Of a stretch of 64,000 bases of DNA, positions 1 to 9,064 are shown piece after piece. The DNA lies in IMG/VR virus record IMGVR_UViG_3300023053_000001, positions 204,459 to 268,458 of that record; one strand, written 5' to 3'. Source of the stretch: a virus. Its lineage: Duplodnaviria > Caudoviricetes. A model generated the notes under the pieces. It was not told the origin of the DNA, made no database searches, and saw nothing but the letters and a program-made list of their open reading frames with translations. The translations under genes were made by a program, and so were the position numbers. Numbering within the stretch: the first letter of the stretch is position 1; the number at the start of each line of letters is the position of its first letter.

Positions 1-2
1 AA

Positions 3-953
3 CGCTTCTTGGCGTATGAGCGTACGCTGACCAGTGACAATGGCCTGCTGGACTTCTACATCGACGGCGAGGATGAATTCCCCGCCGGTGCAGCCCATGG
101 CATCTTCTACATCCCGCTGGGTAAGCTCGATCTGTGGCTCAACGGTCGAGCCATGATCGAGGGACTGGACTATGTGATCCAGTGGCCGCGCATCGTGGTG
201 TGCAACAAGCGTTACCTGATCCCGGGCAACTCGCAGAAGCTGACCGTTCGCGGTACCGGTTTCTGCAACTCGAATCTGGAGCGCGACACGCCCGCTGAGA
301 ACGGCTTCGTCAAGCATGGCATGCTTTCGCGCAATGGTCGTTACGACATCCGCGATGACAAGGTGCAGCGTATCGTCATTGACGGTCGTACCTATCATCG
401 CAGCGCGTTGAAGTTTGCCGAAGAGCACAAGGGCATCCAAGTCTCGGCGCAAGCTGAAGGCTCGCCCTACATCGTGGAGAACATCATCGTACCGCTGCGC
501 TCGCTCGGTAATGATGAGGACTACGTGTATCGTGACCGCTCGTTGGCGGTGGACAAGTCGGTGGGCGATTGGTTGAACCTGCGCCTGCCCGAACCGGAGA
601 TCAAAGACCCGGTGATGGTCCCCAACAACAAGTACCCGATCTACAGCCCGTTTGCCTCCACGATTCTGTATGACCTGATGAACGGTCGTCTGAGTACGGA
701 AGCCTTCCGTGGCTACTACAGCGATCGCGAACTGCGTGCGGTGCTGCAGCGCTTTGAGTACCTGCTCGACTTCGACCCGTGCTTCCGTGAAGGACTGGAT
801 CTGCGTTACATCGCTATCCATGCCCACAACGCGCTGATCGAATACGAGGTGGACATCTACCAGTGGCGCATGCTCTCCCGTGCCGTTCGCATTTACTTGC
901 AAGATCGTGTGGACCTTACCCAGTTCCTTTCGATCAAGAAAACGCTGATCTAA
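3..953 (+). CDS. Virion structural protein, C-terminal part (5'-truncated by the window edge; phiKZ gp27-like position)
   Basis: Frame is open from the window start; GC3-biased codons; two genes upstream of terL as in phiKZ-like phages; followed by a hairpin at 964-987. Confidence 0.6.
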   Translation, partial: RFLAYERTLTSDNGLLDFYIDGEDEFPAGAAHGIFYIPLGKLDLWLNGRAMIEGLDYVIQWPRIVVCNKRYLIPGNSQKLTVRGTGFCNSNLERDTPAENGFVKHGMLSRNGRYDIRDDKVQRIVIDGRTYHRSALKFAEEHKGIQVSAQAEGSPYIVENIIVPLRSLGNDEDYVYRDRSLAVDKSVGDWLNLRLPEPEIKDPVMVPNNKYPIYSPFASTILYDLMNGRLSTEAFRGYYSDRELRAVLQRFEYLLDFDPCFREGLDLRYIAIHAHNALIEYEVDIYQWRMLSRAVRIYLQDRVDLTQFLSIKKTLI

Positions 954-963
954 TGGCCTCATA

Positions 964-987
964 GCCCCGGTGGGAAACCACCGGGGT
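964..987 (+). terminator. Stem-loop after the virion gene
   Basis: gccccggtgg-gaaa-ccaccggggt. Confidence 0.55.
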
Positions 988-1004
988 TCTACCAAGGATT
1001 TACC

Positions 1005-2660
1005 ATGGCAGACAATCCCGTTCTGATCAAACACGATGGCGAAGGCTTCCGTGTTTGGAATATCAACCAGCTCTACACTCCTGGTAAGGATGAAGGGCAT
1101 GTGCCGAACATCGATGACCTGGTCATCGATTACACCCAAGGCTTCTTCCGCGTGGTGGCTGTGAACCTGGACTCGGGCGTCTCCTCGCTGGTTCCGTGGG
1201 AAGCAACGCCGGTCAATCCCAGCACCGGTGTGGACTACCTCATCGGCGATGGTCCGGGTACCGTGTCCGAACAGTTCCGCGTGTGGATCAACGACAGCGT
1301 TGTGCCGCATTCGCTGGCGGTGGACGGTGCGCTGTACATCCGTGGCGAGAAGTCCAGCTACGTCAAGATCTTCCGGGGCACCGACGTCAGTGAACGTGGC
1401 GAAGTCATCTCCGCCGTTTACGACAGCGCGCACAACTTCCTCGGTGAGAACGTGCCGTTGATGCTGTGCGACATGCCCAATGGCGTGAACTACGCCAACA
1501 AGACCGTGGCGCCGTGCTACACCAACACCAAGCTGGTCGATGGCGAGATCGTCTCGGTGGTGGCTTACTCGGCTGACAACCAGCCGCTGTATGTCAATCA
1601 CCTCACCGCCAAGAACAGTGCGATCATCCGTACCACCGATGCCTCGATGAAGTACATCGTCGATGTGTCGCTGGAGTCGCCGTTCCTGTCCGACTCGGAC
1701 CCGACCAAGCTGGTCTACCCGATCAACATGCCGGTGGAGAACCTGAACCTGTACGGCGTGGTCACCTACTCCGACGGTTCCAAGTCGCGCCTGCCGGTGG
1801 ATGGCACCAAGTTCTCCGTCTTCGGTCTGGACAACTTCATCGCCACCATCGAAGGTATGTCGATCCCGCTGGTGCTGACCTATCACCTCGGTGATGGTGA
1901 GTACAACTACCTGGCCGAACCCACGGCCGAGCGCACCATTTCCAAGCTGTACAGCGCCACCACCGGCAAGTTCGATGGTGCCTTCAGCGTCAAGCTGTAC
2001 GCCTATCCGGAATGGGTCAACGATCAGGTCGGCTACCGTCTGGCCTACCGCCTGTACACCGGCGACCGCGAAGATTTCTACGAAGTCACCAACTTGGTGC
2101 AGCCGACGTCGGAATCGCGCAGCTTCGATCCGTTGCTCTATGGTGTGACGCAGAAGATTGCCGTGGCAATCAACCTGCGCAACGTCGATCAGCGCTTTGC
2201 CAACTACCGCCATGTCCAGAGCTTCGAGATCACGCTGCGTGCGCGCGGCGACGATGCGGCACAGGACAACTGGACCGTTGGCTTCTCGCCGAACCAGGAC
2301 CCGCCGTACGGTCGCAGTGTGGTGGCGCGTTCGCGCTTCATCAACACCGGCAACTGGGAACTGGATCTGTCCTCGGGCTGCTCGACGCTGGAAGAATGGC
2401 TCAACCTGATTTACTACCGTACTCTGCCCATCTACGATCCGACTACCGAGGCCAAGCCGCCGGAGCCGAACATCGTGATGGTCCGCGTGGGGCAGCATCA
2501 GGTCGAGTTCCCGATCGCGATGTGGAACACCCTGATCACCGCTCACGAGATGGTGGGCGAGGGTGGCCTGATCTACCTGCACTTCCTGCGCCGCAATTCC
2601 ACCACGGATTTGCAGCTGGGCGTGTCGGGCATGGTCATGCACCAAACTCCGCAAACGTAA
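1005..2660 (+). CDS. Virion structural protein (551 aa, phiKZ gp26-like, probably baseplate)
   Basis: Long beta-rich ORF with RBS aagga, directly upstream of terL; product assigned by recalled synteny. Confidence 0.6.
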   Translation: MADNPVLIKHDGEGFRVWNINQLYTPGKDEGHVPNIDDLVIDYTQGFFRVVAVNLDSGVSSLVPWEATPVNPSTGVDYLIGDGPGTVSEQFRVWINDSVVPHSLAVDGALYIRGEKSSYVKIFRGTDVSERGEVISAVYDSAHNFLGENVPLMLCDMPNGVNYANKTVAPCYTNTKLVDGEIVSVVAYSADNQPLYVNHLTAKNSAIIRTTDASMKYIVDVSLESPFLSDSDPTKLVYPINMPVENLNLYGVVTYSDGSKSRLPVDGTKFSVFGLDNFIATIEGMSIPLVLTYHLGDGEYNYLAEPTAERTISKLYSATTGKFDGAFSVKLYAYPEWVNDQVGYRLAYRLYTGDREDFYEVTNLVQPTSESRSFDPLLYGVTQKIAVAINLRNVDQRFANYRHVQSFEITLRARGDDAAQDNWTVGFSPNQDPPYGRSVVARSRFINTGNWELDLSSGCSTLEEWLNLIYYRTLPIYDPTTEAKPPEPNIVMVRVGQHQVEFPIAMWNTLITAHEMVGEGGLIYLHFLRRNSTTDLQLGVSGMVMHQTPQT

Positions 2661-2663
2661 ACC

Positions 2664-2697
2664 GAATGCCCCTGCACCGCAAGGTGCAGGGGCATTC
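2664..2697. terminator. Perfect 15-bp stem with GCAA tetraloop
   Basis: gaatgcccctgcacc-gcaa-ggtgcaggggcattc. Confidence 0.7.
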
Positions 2698-2717
2698 CTC
2701 CCTATGCGAGATATGAC

Positions 2718-4970
2718 ATGATTCTGTTCCAAGAAGATTGGCAGCGCTATCCTAGCGCCGATATTGACCGGCAGACCACCAACCGATCCTTCAAGGATCT
2801 GGCTCTGCTGTACCGTGACATGGGCGTCAAGAACCACGCCTTCCTGCTGTCGCTGATGCAGCCTGAGCTGTCCGGCGTGGATGTGCATGACAAGAGCTTG
2901 GATGCGGTGACGATGGCAAGGATTGCCACGGAAGCTGAATTCAACCCCTGGTTCGTCTTCCGTGAAATCACCCGCCTGCCCCCCAACTCGGGTATCGAGC
3001 CGATCCGCTTTGACGCCAATCGTGGCAACATCGCGCTGTACTGGTGCTTCTTCAACCACATCGACTCGGCCAACATTCAGCCCCGTCAGACCGGTAAGTC
3101 CGGTTCGACTGACTGTCTGATCTTGGACCTGCTGTACATCATGGCACGTTCCACCAAGATCATGATGATCACCAAGGATGACATGCTACGACAATTCAAC
3201 GTCGAGCGACTAAAGGGCATTCGAGAGTATTTCCCCAAGTGGATGCTCAAGATCTCTTCGGAAGATGCCAACAACCAGAAGGAGCTGACCTGTAAGGAAT
3301 ACGGCAACTCCTACATCACCGGCGTGGGTCGTTCCTCGGCTACGGCAGCCAACAACCTGGGCCGTGGCCTGTCCACCCCGATCCTGCACGTCGACGAAGG
3401 CCCGTTCATCAGCCACATCGGTACCACCATCCCGGCAGCGCTGGCATCGGGTACCAAGGCACGTGAGCAGGCCGCTGAAGCCCGTCAGCCCTACGGCAAT
3501 ATCTTCACCACAACCGCCGGTAAGATCGATGACCGCGATGGTCGTTACATGTACGATCTGATCATGGGCGGTACGGTGTGGACCGAGCGCTTCCTCGATG
3601 CGCGCAACATCCGTCACCTGAACATGCTGGTGGAAAAGAACTCGGCTGGTGGTAAGAAGCCGATCATGAACATCACCATGTCCCACCGTCAGCTGGGTCG
3701 TGACGATGCGTGGCTGTACAAGGTCATGTCCGAGAATAACGTGTCCGGTGAAGAGGCCGACCGTGACTTCTTGAACGTGTGGACCTCCGGTTCGCAGCGC
3801 TCGCCGCTGTCGGCTCTGCTGAACGACTCCATCCGCTCTTCGGAAATGGACCCGCTGCATTATGAGGAATCTCCCGATGCCTACATGATCCGCTGGTACA
3901 TCCCGGAAGATCAGATTCAGGAGATGCTGGACTCGGGTCACTACTCGGTCGGTCTGGATACCTCCGACGCTGTGGGTCGCGACGCCATTGCCATGGTCAT
4001 TACCGACATGCGCGATCTGTCCACGGCCGGTGTGGGTTCGTTCAACGAAACCTTCCTGCCGCGCTTCTCTGGCTTCCTGCTGTGGTTCATGTTGAAGTAC
4101 CGCAAGACCATCCTGATCCCGGAGCGTAAGTCTTCCGGTCAGGCGATCATCGACCATCTGCTGCTGCACCTGCCGCTGCATGGCGAAGATCCGTTCAAGC
4201 GTATCTACAACAAGATCGTGGACAACTACCGCGAAGATCCGCAGGCCTTTGCCGACATCCAGCGCAGCATGAACATGCGCGATGACAGCTTCTACGAGCG
4301 TCGCAAGTCCGCCTTTGGTTTCAACACCAATAAGGACTCTCGCCTGTTGCTGTACACCACGGTCCTGCAGAATGCTGCCAAGACCGCCGGTCACACCGTG
4401 CGTGACAAAACGCTGTCCAACGAAATCCGCAAGCTGGTGGAAAAGAACGGTCGCATCGACCATGAAAGCTCCGGTCATGACGACCATTGCTTTGCGTGGC
4501 TGATGGCGCACTACTTCCCGACCATGGGCAAGAACCTGTCCTACTACGGTATCGACACCTCCGAGGTGTTGGTCAACCTGGGGTACAACGGTCGCGCGAT
4601 TTCCGAAGAAGAGCGCAACGCCCGTGCGATGCAGGAAGAAGCCATGAAGGAAATGGAATCCATCATGGAAGTGCTGAAAGATCCGCGGATCGATCAGATG
4701 GTGTCCTACAAGTACGAAAACCGCCTGCGTGTGCTCTCCAGTCGCGTGGAGCAGCGTTACGACATGGACGCCCAGTCGGTGGACCAGATGATCCGCCAAG
4801 CCTCTGAGGAGCGCCGTAAGCGCATCCAGATGTCCGTCCAGCAGAACCGCTTGGGCATGGACCGTAAGAACGACCTGCCGTCTCTGGGACGCGCTGGCTC
4901 GTTCCTGCGTGAGGCCGGTGGTTTCGCACAACGTGGTCCGTTGGGTCTGCCCAACAACCGTTACTTCTGA
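2718..4970 (+). CDS. terL: Terminase large subunit (750 aa)
   Basis: Walker A QPRQTGKS, Walker B ILHVDEGPF, TTTAG coupling motif, nuclease motifs VGLDTSDAVGRD and HDDHCFAWL. Confidence 0.95.
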   Translation: MILFQEDWQRYPSADIDRQTTNRSFKDLALLYRDMGVKNHAFLLSLMQPELSGVDVHDKSLDAVTMARIATEAEFNPWFVFREITRLPPNSGIEPIRFDANRGNIALYWCFFNHIDSANIQPRQTGKSGSTDCLILDLLYIMARSTKIMMITKDDMLRQFNVERLKGIREYFPKWMLKISSEDANNQKELTCKEYGNSYITGVGRSSATAANNLGRGLSTPILHVDEGPFISHIGTTIPAALASGTKAREQAAEARQPYGNIFTTTAGKIDDRDGRYMYDLIMGGTVWTERFLDARNIRHLNMLVEKNSAGGKKPIMNITMSHRQLGRDDAWLYKVMSENNVSGEEADRDFLNVWTSGSQRSPLSALLNDSIRSSEMDPLHYEESPDAYMIRWYIPEDQIQEMLDSGHYSVGLDTSDAVGRDAIAMVITDMRDLSTAGVGSFNETFLPRFSGFLLWFMLKYRKTILIPERKSSGQAIIDHLLLHLPLHGEDPFKRIYNKIVDNYREDPQAFADIQRSMNMRDDSFYERRKSAFGFNTNKDSRLLLYTTVLQNAAKTAGHTVRDKTLSNEIRKLVEKNGRIDHESSGHDDHCFAWLMAHYFPTMGKNLSYYGIDTSEVLVNLGYNGRAISEEERNARAMQEEAMKEMESIMEVLKDPRIDQMVSYKYENRLRVLSSRVEQRYDMDAQSVDQMIRQASEERRKRIQMSVQQNRLGMDRKNDLPSLGRAGSFLREAGGFAQRGPLGLPNNRYF

Positions 4971-4973
4971 CGG

Positions 4974-5015
4974 CATAAAGCCCTCCTCCCCATCATCGGG
5001 GAGGAGGGCGATATG
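4974..5015. terminator. Bidirectional terminator between convergent genes
   Basis: cataaa-gccctcctcccc-atcatc-ggggaggagggc-gatatg. Confidence 0.8.
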
Positions 5016-5414
5016 TCATTGTGCCATTGCTTCTTCGACGCGGCGGATCTTGGCTTCCCACTCGCACGACTCGGGCATCGGGTAGACGACCTTGTGCAGT
5101 GCATTGAGGGTTTTCTGATACGCCAGCTCGACGCCGTTGGCATCATCTGCCGGGGCGTACGTTACCGTGGTGACTTCCTTGCCGTTGAGCGCACGGGCTT
5201 CAGCCTCGATGTGCGCAATTCGCATCTCCTTACCTTGCATCCACGGGAAGAGGGTGCAATCGTTTACCAACATCACAGTTACCTTCAGCTTGACCACTCG
5301 CGCCAGTTCCGCCGAGAACGGACGGGGCACCATGCGAGTATGGGTCTCGCGGCTCTCAACCTTCAGGAGTTTTTCCCAAGGGCCAGAGAAAGGAAGGCAA
5401 TCATCATTGGTCAT
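5016..5414 (-). CDS. Hypothetical protein (about 105-132 aa; start uncertain)
   Basis: Packs tail-to-head with 5424-5891 and ends at the terminator. Confidence 0.6.
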   Translation of the reverse strand: MTNDDCLPFSGPWEKLLKVESRETHTRMVPRPFSAELARVVKLKVTVMLVNDCTLFPWMQGKEMRIAHIEAEARALNGKEVTTVTYAPADDANGVELAYQKTLNALHKVVYPMPESCEWEAKIRRVEEAMAQ

Positions 5415-5423
5415 CTTTCACGC

Positions 5424-5891
5424 TCAGTATTGAAGAGTATTCGGCCGAGGGAAGACACGATACAAGTGCGCCCGGATGGCGTACATGTGCGGGTAGCGCG
5501 TCCATCGCAAAAACGGTGTGCACAACAGCGGGTAGGTCACAAGCTCGAACAACCGGGGATCGAACAGATGTCGGTGCTGCTCGCTCACCGATCCACTGAC
5601 TTCGTAGACGGTGTGTTTGGTACTGGGAATCCACCACCGGGTGTAGTGGGTACAGTACACGATTTCACGAGCAGTGACAAAGAAGTCGATTCCCTCTCCA
5701 TCTTCGGACGGGCGTACCACTTCCACCGAGTCTTTGGAGTAACCCTCGTAGACTTTGGTGGTGGCCGGACCTCGGACGGAGTCAATGCAAACACCGATGA
5801 AGTAACGCACTGCGTACCAGAACGAATTCAGCATGCGCGCCGCCGAGGCGGTTGCGCTGTAATCCTCCGGTTTACGTTGAGGATTATGCAT
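5424..5891 (-). CDS. Hypothetical protein (155 aa)
   Basis: Starts 2 nt after the stop of 5894-7123; lower GC. Confidence 0.6.
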   Translation of the reverse strand: MHNPQRKPEDYSATASAARMLNSFWYAVRYFIGVCIDSVRGPATTKVYEGYSKDSVEVVRPSEDGEGIDFFVTAREIVYCTHYTRWWIPSTKHTVYEVSGSVSEQHRHLFDPRLFELVTYPLLCTPFLRWTRYPHMYAIRAHLYRVFPRPNTLQY

Positions 5892-5893
5892 GG

Positions 5894-7123
5894 TCAGCTC
5901 TGGTAGTAGTTCATGGCCAGCGTACGCAGCACGATGTACAGCTGCACGCCAGTCCGGACGCTTGCGATAGCCGCCGCGTTACGGGAGTGAATCGCCATCG
6001 ACACGATTTCTTCAGAGAGCTTTCGGGTCAACAGCAAGGTGGGGTCAGACATGCGCGAGGCGGTGTACAGTGCACGCAGTCGTTGCAGCAGGGCCGACGG
6101 ATCGGTGGTGTGGGTAGCCAGGTTGCGCTCGGCCATCATCACGCCAAAAGCATGGATCAGCGTTTCACTGATCAGCTTGTCGATCTTTTCCTGGTCACGA
6201 CCGCTGTGGTTGGAGGACATCCATTCCAACGCTTCGGTCAACGACTTCAGGGAACTGGTGGGCATGGCATCGTGGATGATGCGCGCCAGCTCAGGCCGGA
6301 CGAACGAGTTCTTGTTACTCACCACAGTCAGCGCGTAGCGGATCATGGTGGAATGGTTACGGGTCTTGTCCTTCAGCACCATGGTGCCGTCGATGTCGAT
6401 CACCGAGTTGTCGGTGCCGATGCGCCCACCCTCATCACGAACCTTGTAGAACACAGCCGTCATCGACTTGACGATCTCACGCAGACGACCCTGGATGTCA
6501 GACACCATGTAGATGATGTCCTTGTCCCGGTTGAAGTCCATGTAAGCTCGGTGGTGAATCGAGTTGGGCTGCATGATTTCGTGGGCACGGATGTTCAGCA
6601 GGTTGGACCAGCTGCCGGCCTTCTTCAGGGCGTACTTCTTGTTCAGGCGTGCGTACATGGCCTGCATGGTGGCTTCATCGGCCGGATAGCGGTAATACCA
6701 CGCCATCAGCGAACCGAGGAACTTGTACTGCAGCACCAGCAGGACATCCAGACAGCCCTGTTCCTTTTCCTTGGCGGTGAGCTTGGGTGCGCGCTGGATC
6801 GCATGCAACAGCCACACGCAGGACAGGTTCATCACGTCGTTGGCGCGCTTCCAGGCAGCGTCAATCGAGGAGACTTCCGCGATGCCGTCCACAACGGCCA
6901 GTTCATCCATGTACAGCACGTCGTTGAACCAACGTTCGCGGTCGGTAGTGCGGAATCGCATGGCATGCACGCCCATGAGGTTACCGCCGAAGAAAGCCAC
7001 GTGGTCTGCGTTGTAATTGACGAAGCCAGTCTGATACGCATGGATGCGCTTCAGTAGGGCCTGGTCGATTACAACGTCCTGACCCGTGGTGTCAAAGACT
7101 GTCTTGATCGTGACGTCAGACAT
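5894..7123 (-). CDS. Conserved phiKZ-like hypothetical protein (409 aa, helical)
   Basis: Long ORF, RBS aggaac, strong codon bias, convergent with terL. Confidence 0.75.
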   Translation of the reverse strand: MSDVTIKTVFDTTGQDVVIDQALLKRIHAYQTGFVNYNADHVAFFGGNLMGVHAMRFRTTDRERWFNDVLYMDELAVVDGIAEVSSIDAAWKRANDVMNLSCVWLLHAIQRAPKLTAKEKEQGCLDVLLVLQYKFLGSLMAWYYRYPADEATMQAMYARLNKKYALKKAGSWSNLLNIRAHEIMQPNSIHHRAYMDFNRDKDIIYMVSDIQGRLREIVKSMTAVFYKVRDEGGRIGTDNSVIDIDGTMVLKDKTRNHSTMIRYALTVVSNKNSFVRPELARIIHDAMPTSSLKSLTEALEWMSSNHSGRDQEKIDKLISETLIHAFGVMMAERNLATHTTDPSALLQRLRALYTASRMSDPTLLLTRKLSEEIVSMAIHSRNAAAIASVRTGVQLYIVLRTLAMNYYQS

Positions 7124-7179
7124 GATGGGGTTCCTAAAAGTACCACATCATTAGCTGGCAAAAACATGGATTCCACTGG

Positions 7180-7197
7180 ATTTGAGATCTATAACAC
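7180..7197 (+). promoter_or_regulatory. Candidate phage promoter ATTT(G/C)AGATCTATAACAC, copy 1
   Basis: 17/18 identical to 63709-63726; both lie upstream of the first gene of a + strand cluster. Confidence 0.6.
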
Positions 7198-7247
7198 CCC
7201 GGTGATAAGACAACTACGTCTTCCTTCCCCTACACCGGAGCCTTACA

Positions 7248-7349
7248 ATGAACAGTCTCTTCAAGCTGGTTGCCCTGTGCTGCATCGTCTCGATCGCCCC
7301 GAAGGCCTGTGAGGCCATCAACCGCAAGCTGGATAAGCTGGCTCGCTAA
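7248..7349 (+). CDS. Small hydrophobic peptide (33 aa, MNSLFKLVALCCIVSIAPKACEAINRKLDKLAR); absent from the ORF track
   Basis: RBS ggag upstream; its stop overlaps the RBS (taaggag) of the next gene. Confidence 0.6.
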   Translation: MNSLFKLVALCCIVSIAPKACEAINRKLDKLAR

Positions 7350-7359
7350 GGAGTTCGCC

Positions 7360-7608
7360 ATGCAGAAGTACATCAAGAAGTACCTGTACGACATGTACGT
7401 CCCGCTGCTCCTGGTGATCGCTGCATGGGCCCTGTCAGCATGGTTCATCTACGACACCTTCGATCGCACTGCCGGTTTCACCGACGTGTGGGTTCGGGCA
7501 GCGTGGTCGCTGCGTGCAGCTTCGCTGTCAGTGCTCTGCCTGATAGCGTTTATGACCTACATGCTGATCGACACGTTCCTGACTTACCGTCGCGCTCGCG
7601 ACGAGTAA
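7360..7608 (+). CDS. Small membrane protein with 2 predicted TM helices (82 aa)
   Basis: RBS aaggag; two hydrophobic stretches; basic C-terminus. Confidence 0.7.
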   Translation: MQKYIKKYLYDMYVPLLLVIAAWALSAWFIYDTFDRTAGFTDVWVRAAWSLRAASLSVLCLIAFMTYMLIDTFLTYRRARDE

Positions 7609-7629
7609 GACCGAAGTCCCGAAGCTGTC

Positions 7630-7666
7630 CACTCCCTTCCTCCGTTACGGCGGTGTGAAGGGAGTG
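7630..7666 (+). terminator. Stem-loop
   Basis: cactcccttc...gaagggagtg. Confidence 0.5.
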
Positions 7667-7801
7667 TTGACATGACCCTCACATTTTTTGGAATGACTGT
7701 AAATTTTCAGAGGGCCTCTCCATTTATTGAAATCAACCGTCAGGCGTTTTATGACAATATAGGCTCACCGTATGAAGAAACCTTCATACGGGAGATCCCT
7801 A

Positions 7802-8305
7802 ATGTACGCCAACCGTTTCCAACAGTCTCTGGTCCAGAGCAAGGAGACCAACACCCAGTTGGTCGCACATCCCTCGCTGGAGAGCCACGCCGTCGCACTG
7901 ATCGATGAGGCGCGCAACTATCGCGCTGAGCCTCTGCTGATCCAGGTGCCGAGTCTGAGCGATGAGAGCCTGCAGCTCGAACGCCAGAAGCAAAACGAAC
8001 TGATCAACGACCTGAAGGATCAGCTCGGTCAGGTTCTGCCCAGTGCCCAAGGCACGGGTATGGTCCATCACTACCTGATCGACACCCACGCGTTGTCGAC
8101 CGGCGATGTGGCAGCCCAGTCCACCCTCAAGGCCCTGCTGAGCGCATCGCTGCGCAATCAGGATCGCCCGGTGGTCGCTGCCCTTCCGTTGAGTGGCGAT
8201 GTCAGCCTCGGCCAAGCCGAAGCGATCGCCGCGTCCCTGGAACATTACGGCTTTGAGGTCTTCACCGACCGCACGGCGTATGTCAACTATCTCGCCGCCG
8301 CATAA
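7802..8305 (+). CDS. Hypothetical protein (167 aa), alpha/beta
   Basis: RBS ggaga before the ATG at 7802; followed by a hairpin. Confidence 0.7.
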   Translation: MYANRFQQSLVQSKETNTQLVAHPSLESHAVALIDEARNYRAEPLLIQVPSLSDESLQLERQKQNELINDLKDQLGQVLPSAQGTGMVHHYLIDTHALSTGDVAAQSTLKALLSASLRNQDRPVVAALPLSGDVSLGQAEAIAASLEHYGFEVFTDRTAYVNYLAAA

Positions 8306-8310
8306 CGCGT

Positions 8311-8354
8311 CATGACCTCTAGGTCCCATACGGGCCTAGGGGTCGTTATGCCGT
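8311..8354 (+). terminator. Stem-loop followed by TTATGCCG
   Basis: catgacctctaggtcc-cata-cgggcctaggggtcg-ttatgccg. Confidence 0.6.
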
Positions 8355-8491
8355 CTATGATGGAATTTGAATCAAAAGGAAATCAAACCTATACCATTCC
8401 CATGGCGGATCGACCGTATATCTTTCCTCGTTGTAACGTAGTACCCGCTGTACCCCGTAACACTAACCTCTATCCTTAAACGGGACTTTGT

Positions 8492-8932
8492 ATGACCACT
8501 CGTACCATCCTCCTCGACGGCATTGACACTGCCATCCCCTTGGTCCTCTCCACCGACATGGTGAACGTTCCCGATGGCGGATGCTCGCTGTTGGTGGGCT
8601 ATGAGACCGATGCCCTCGAGCACTACGCGCCGCCGCGCCTTCTGATCGCGACCCCGATCCACATCAACAGCAACCCCGAGCTGGCCGAAAAGATCTGTCA
8701 CGACTGGCTGTCGAGCAAGTTGGCCAACAGCGAGAGCCTGAAGCAGCTGGTGACTTACCTCACCGATTTCATCGAAGAGCATGACAACGGCTGTGGCTGG
8801 CATGTCACCCGTCTGAAGTTGTTCGGTCCGACCGTCCACGGCCGCGGCTTGACGCAGGTGCTCAAGCGCCCGCTGGCCAAGTACGATACCGATGATGAAG
8901 ACTACGGCTTCGAACACCTGTTCGTGAAGTAA
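8492..8932 (+). CDS. Hypothetical protein (146 aa)
   Basis: RBS ggga; coding-like codon bias. Confidence 0.7.
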   Translation: MTTRTILLDGIDTAIPLVLSTDMVNVPDGGCSLLVGYETDALEHYAPPRLLIATPIHINSNPELAEKICHDWLSSKLANSESLKQLVTYLTDFIEEHDNGCGWHVTRLKLFGPTVHGRGLTQVLKRPLAKYDTDDEDYGFEHLFVK

Positions 8933-9064
8933 CCAGTTTTACGGTGGGGTCCGGGCGCGGACCCTGGGCGTAACAGCCCCCGCACTAGGGACTCTCCTCC
9001 GTCCCGGGCCCCACCACCTTTTACCGCAGCACCCATTTCCCTCGACTTCCTCAAAGAACTGACT

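Noticed and set aside
7360-7608. Holin/lysis cassette interpretation of the small membrane proteins and lipoproteins
   Set aside because: No endolysin or spanin pair nearby, and they sit in an apparently early region
7802-8305. Possible nucleoside 2-deoxyribosyltransferase-like fold
   Set aside because: Only a vague C-terminal resemblance; catalytic residues not identifiable
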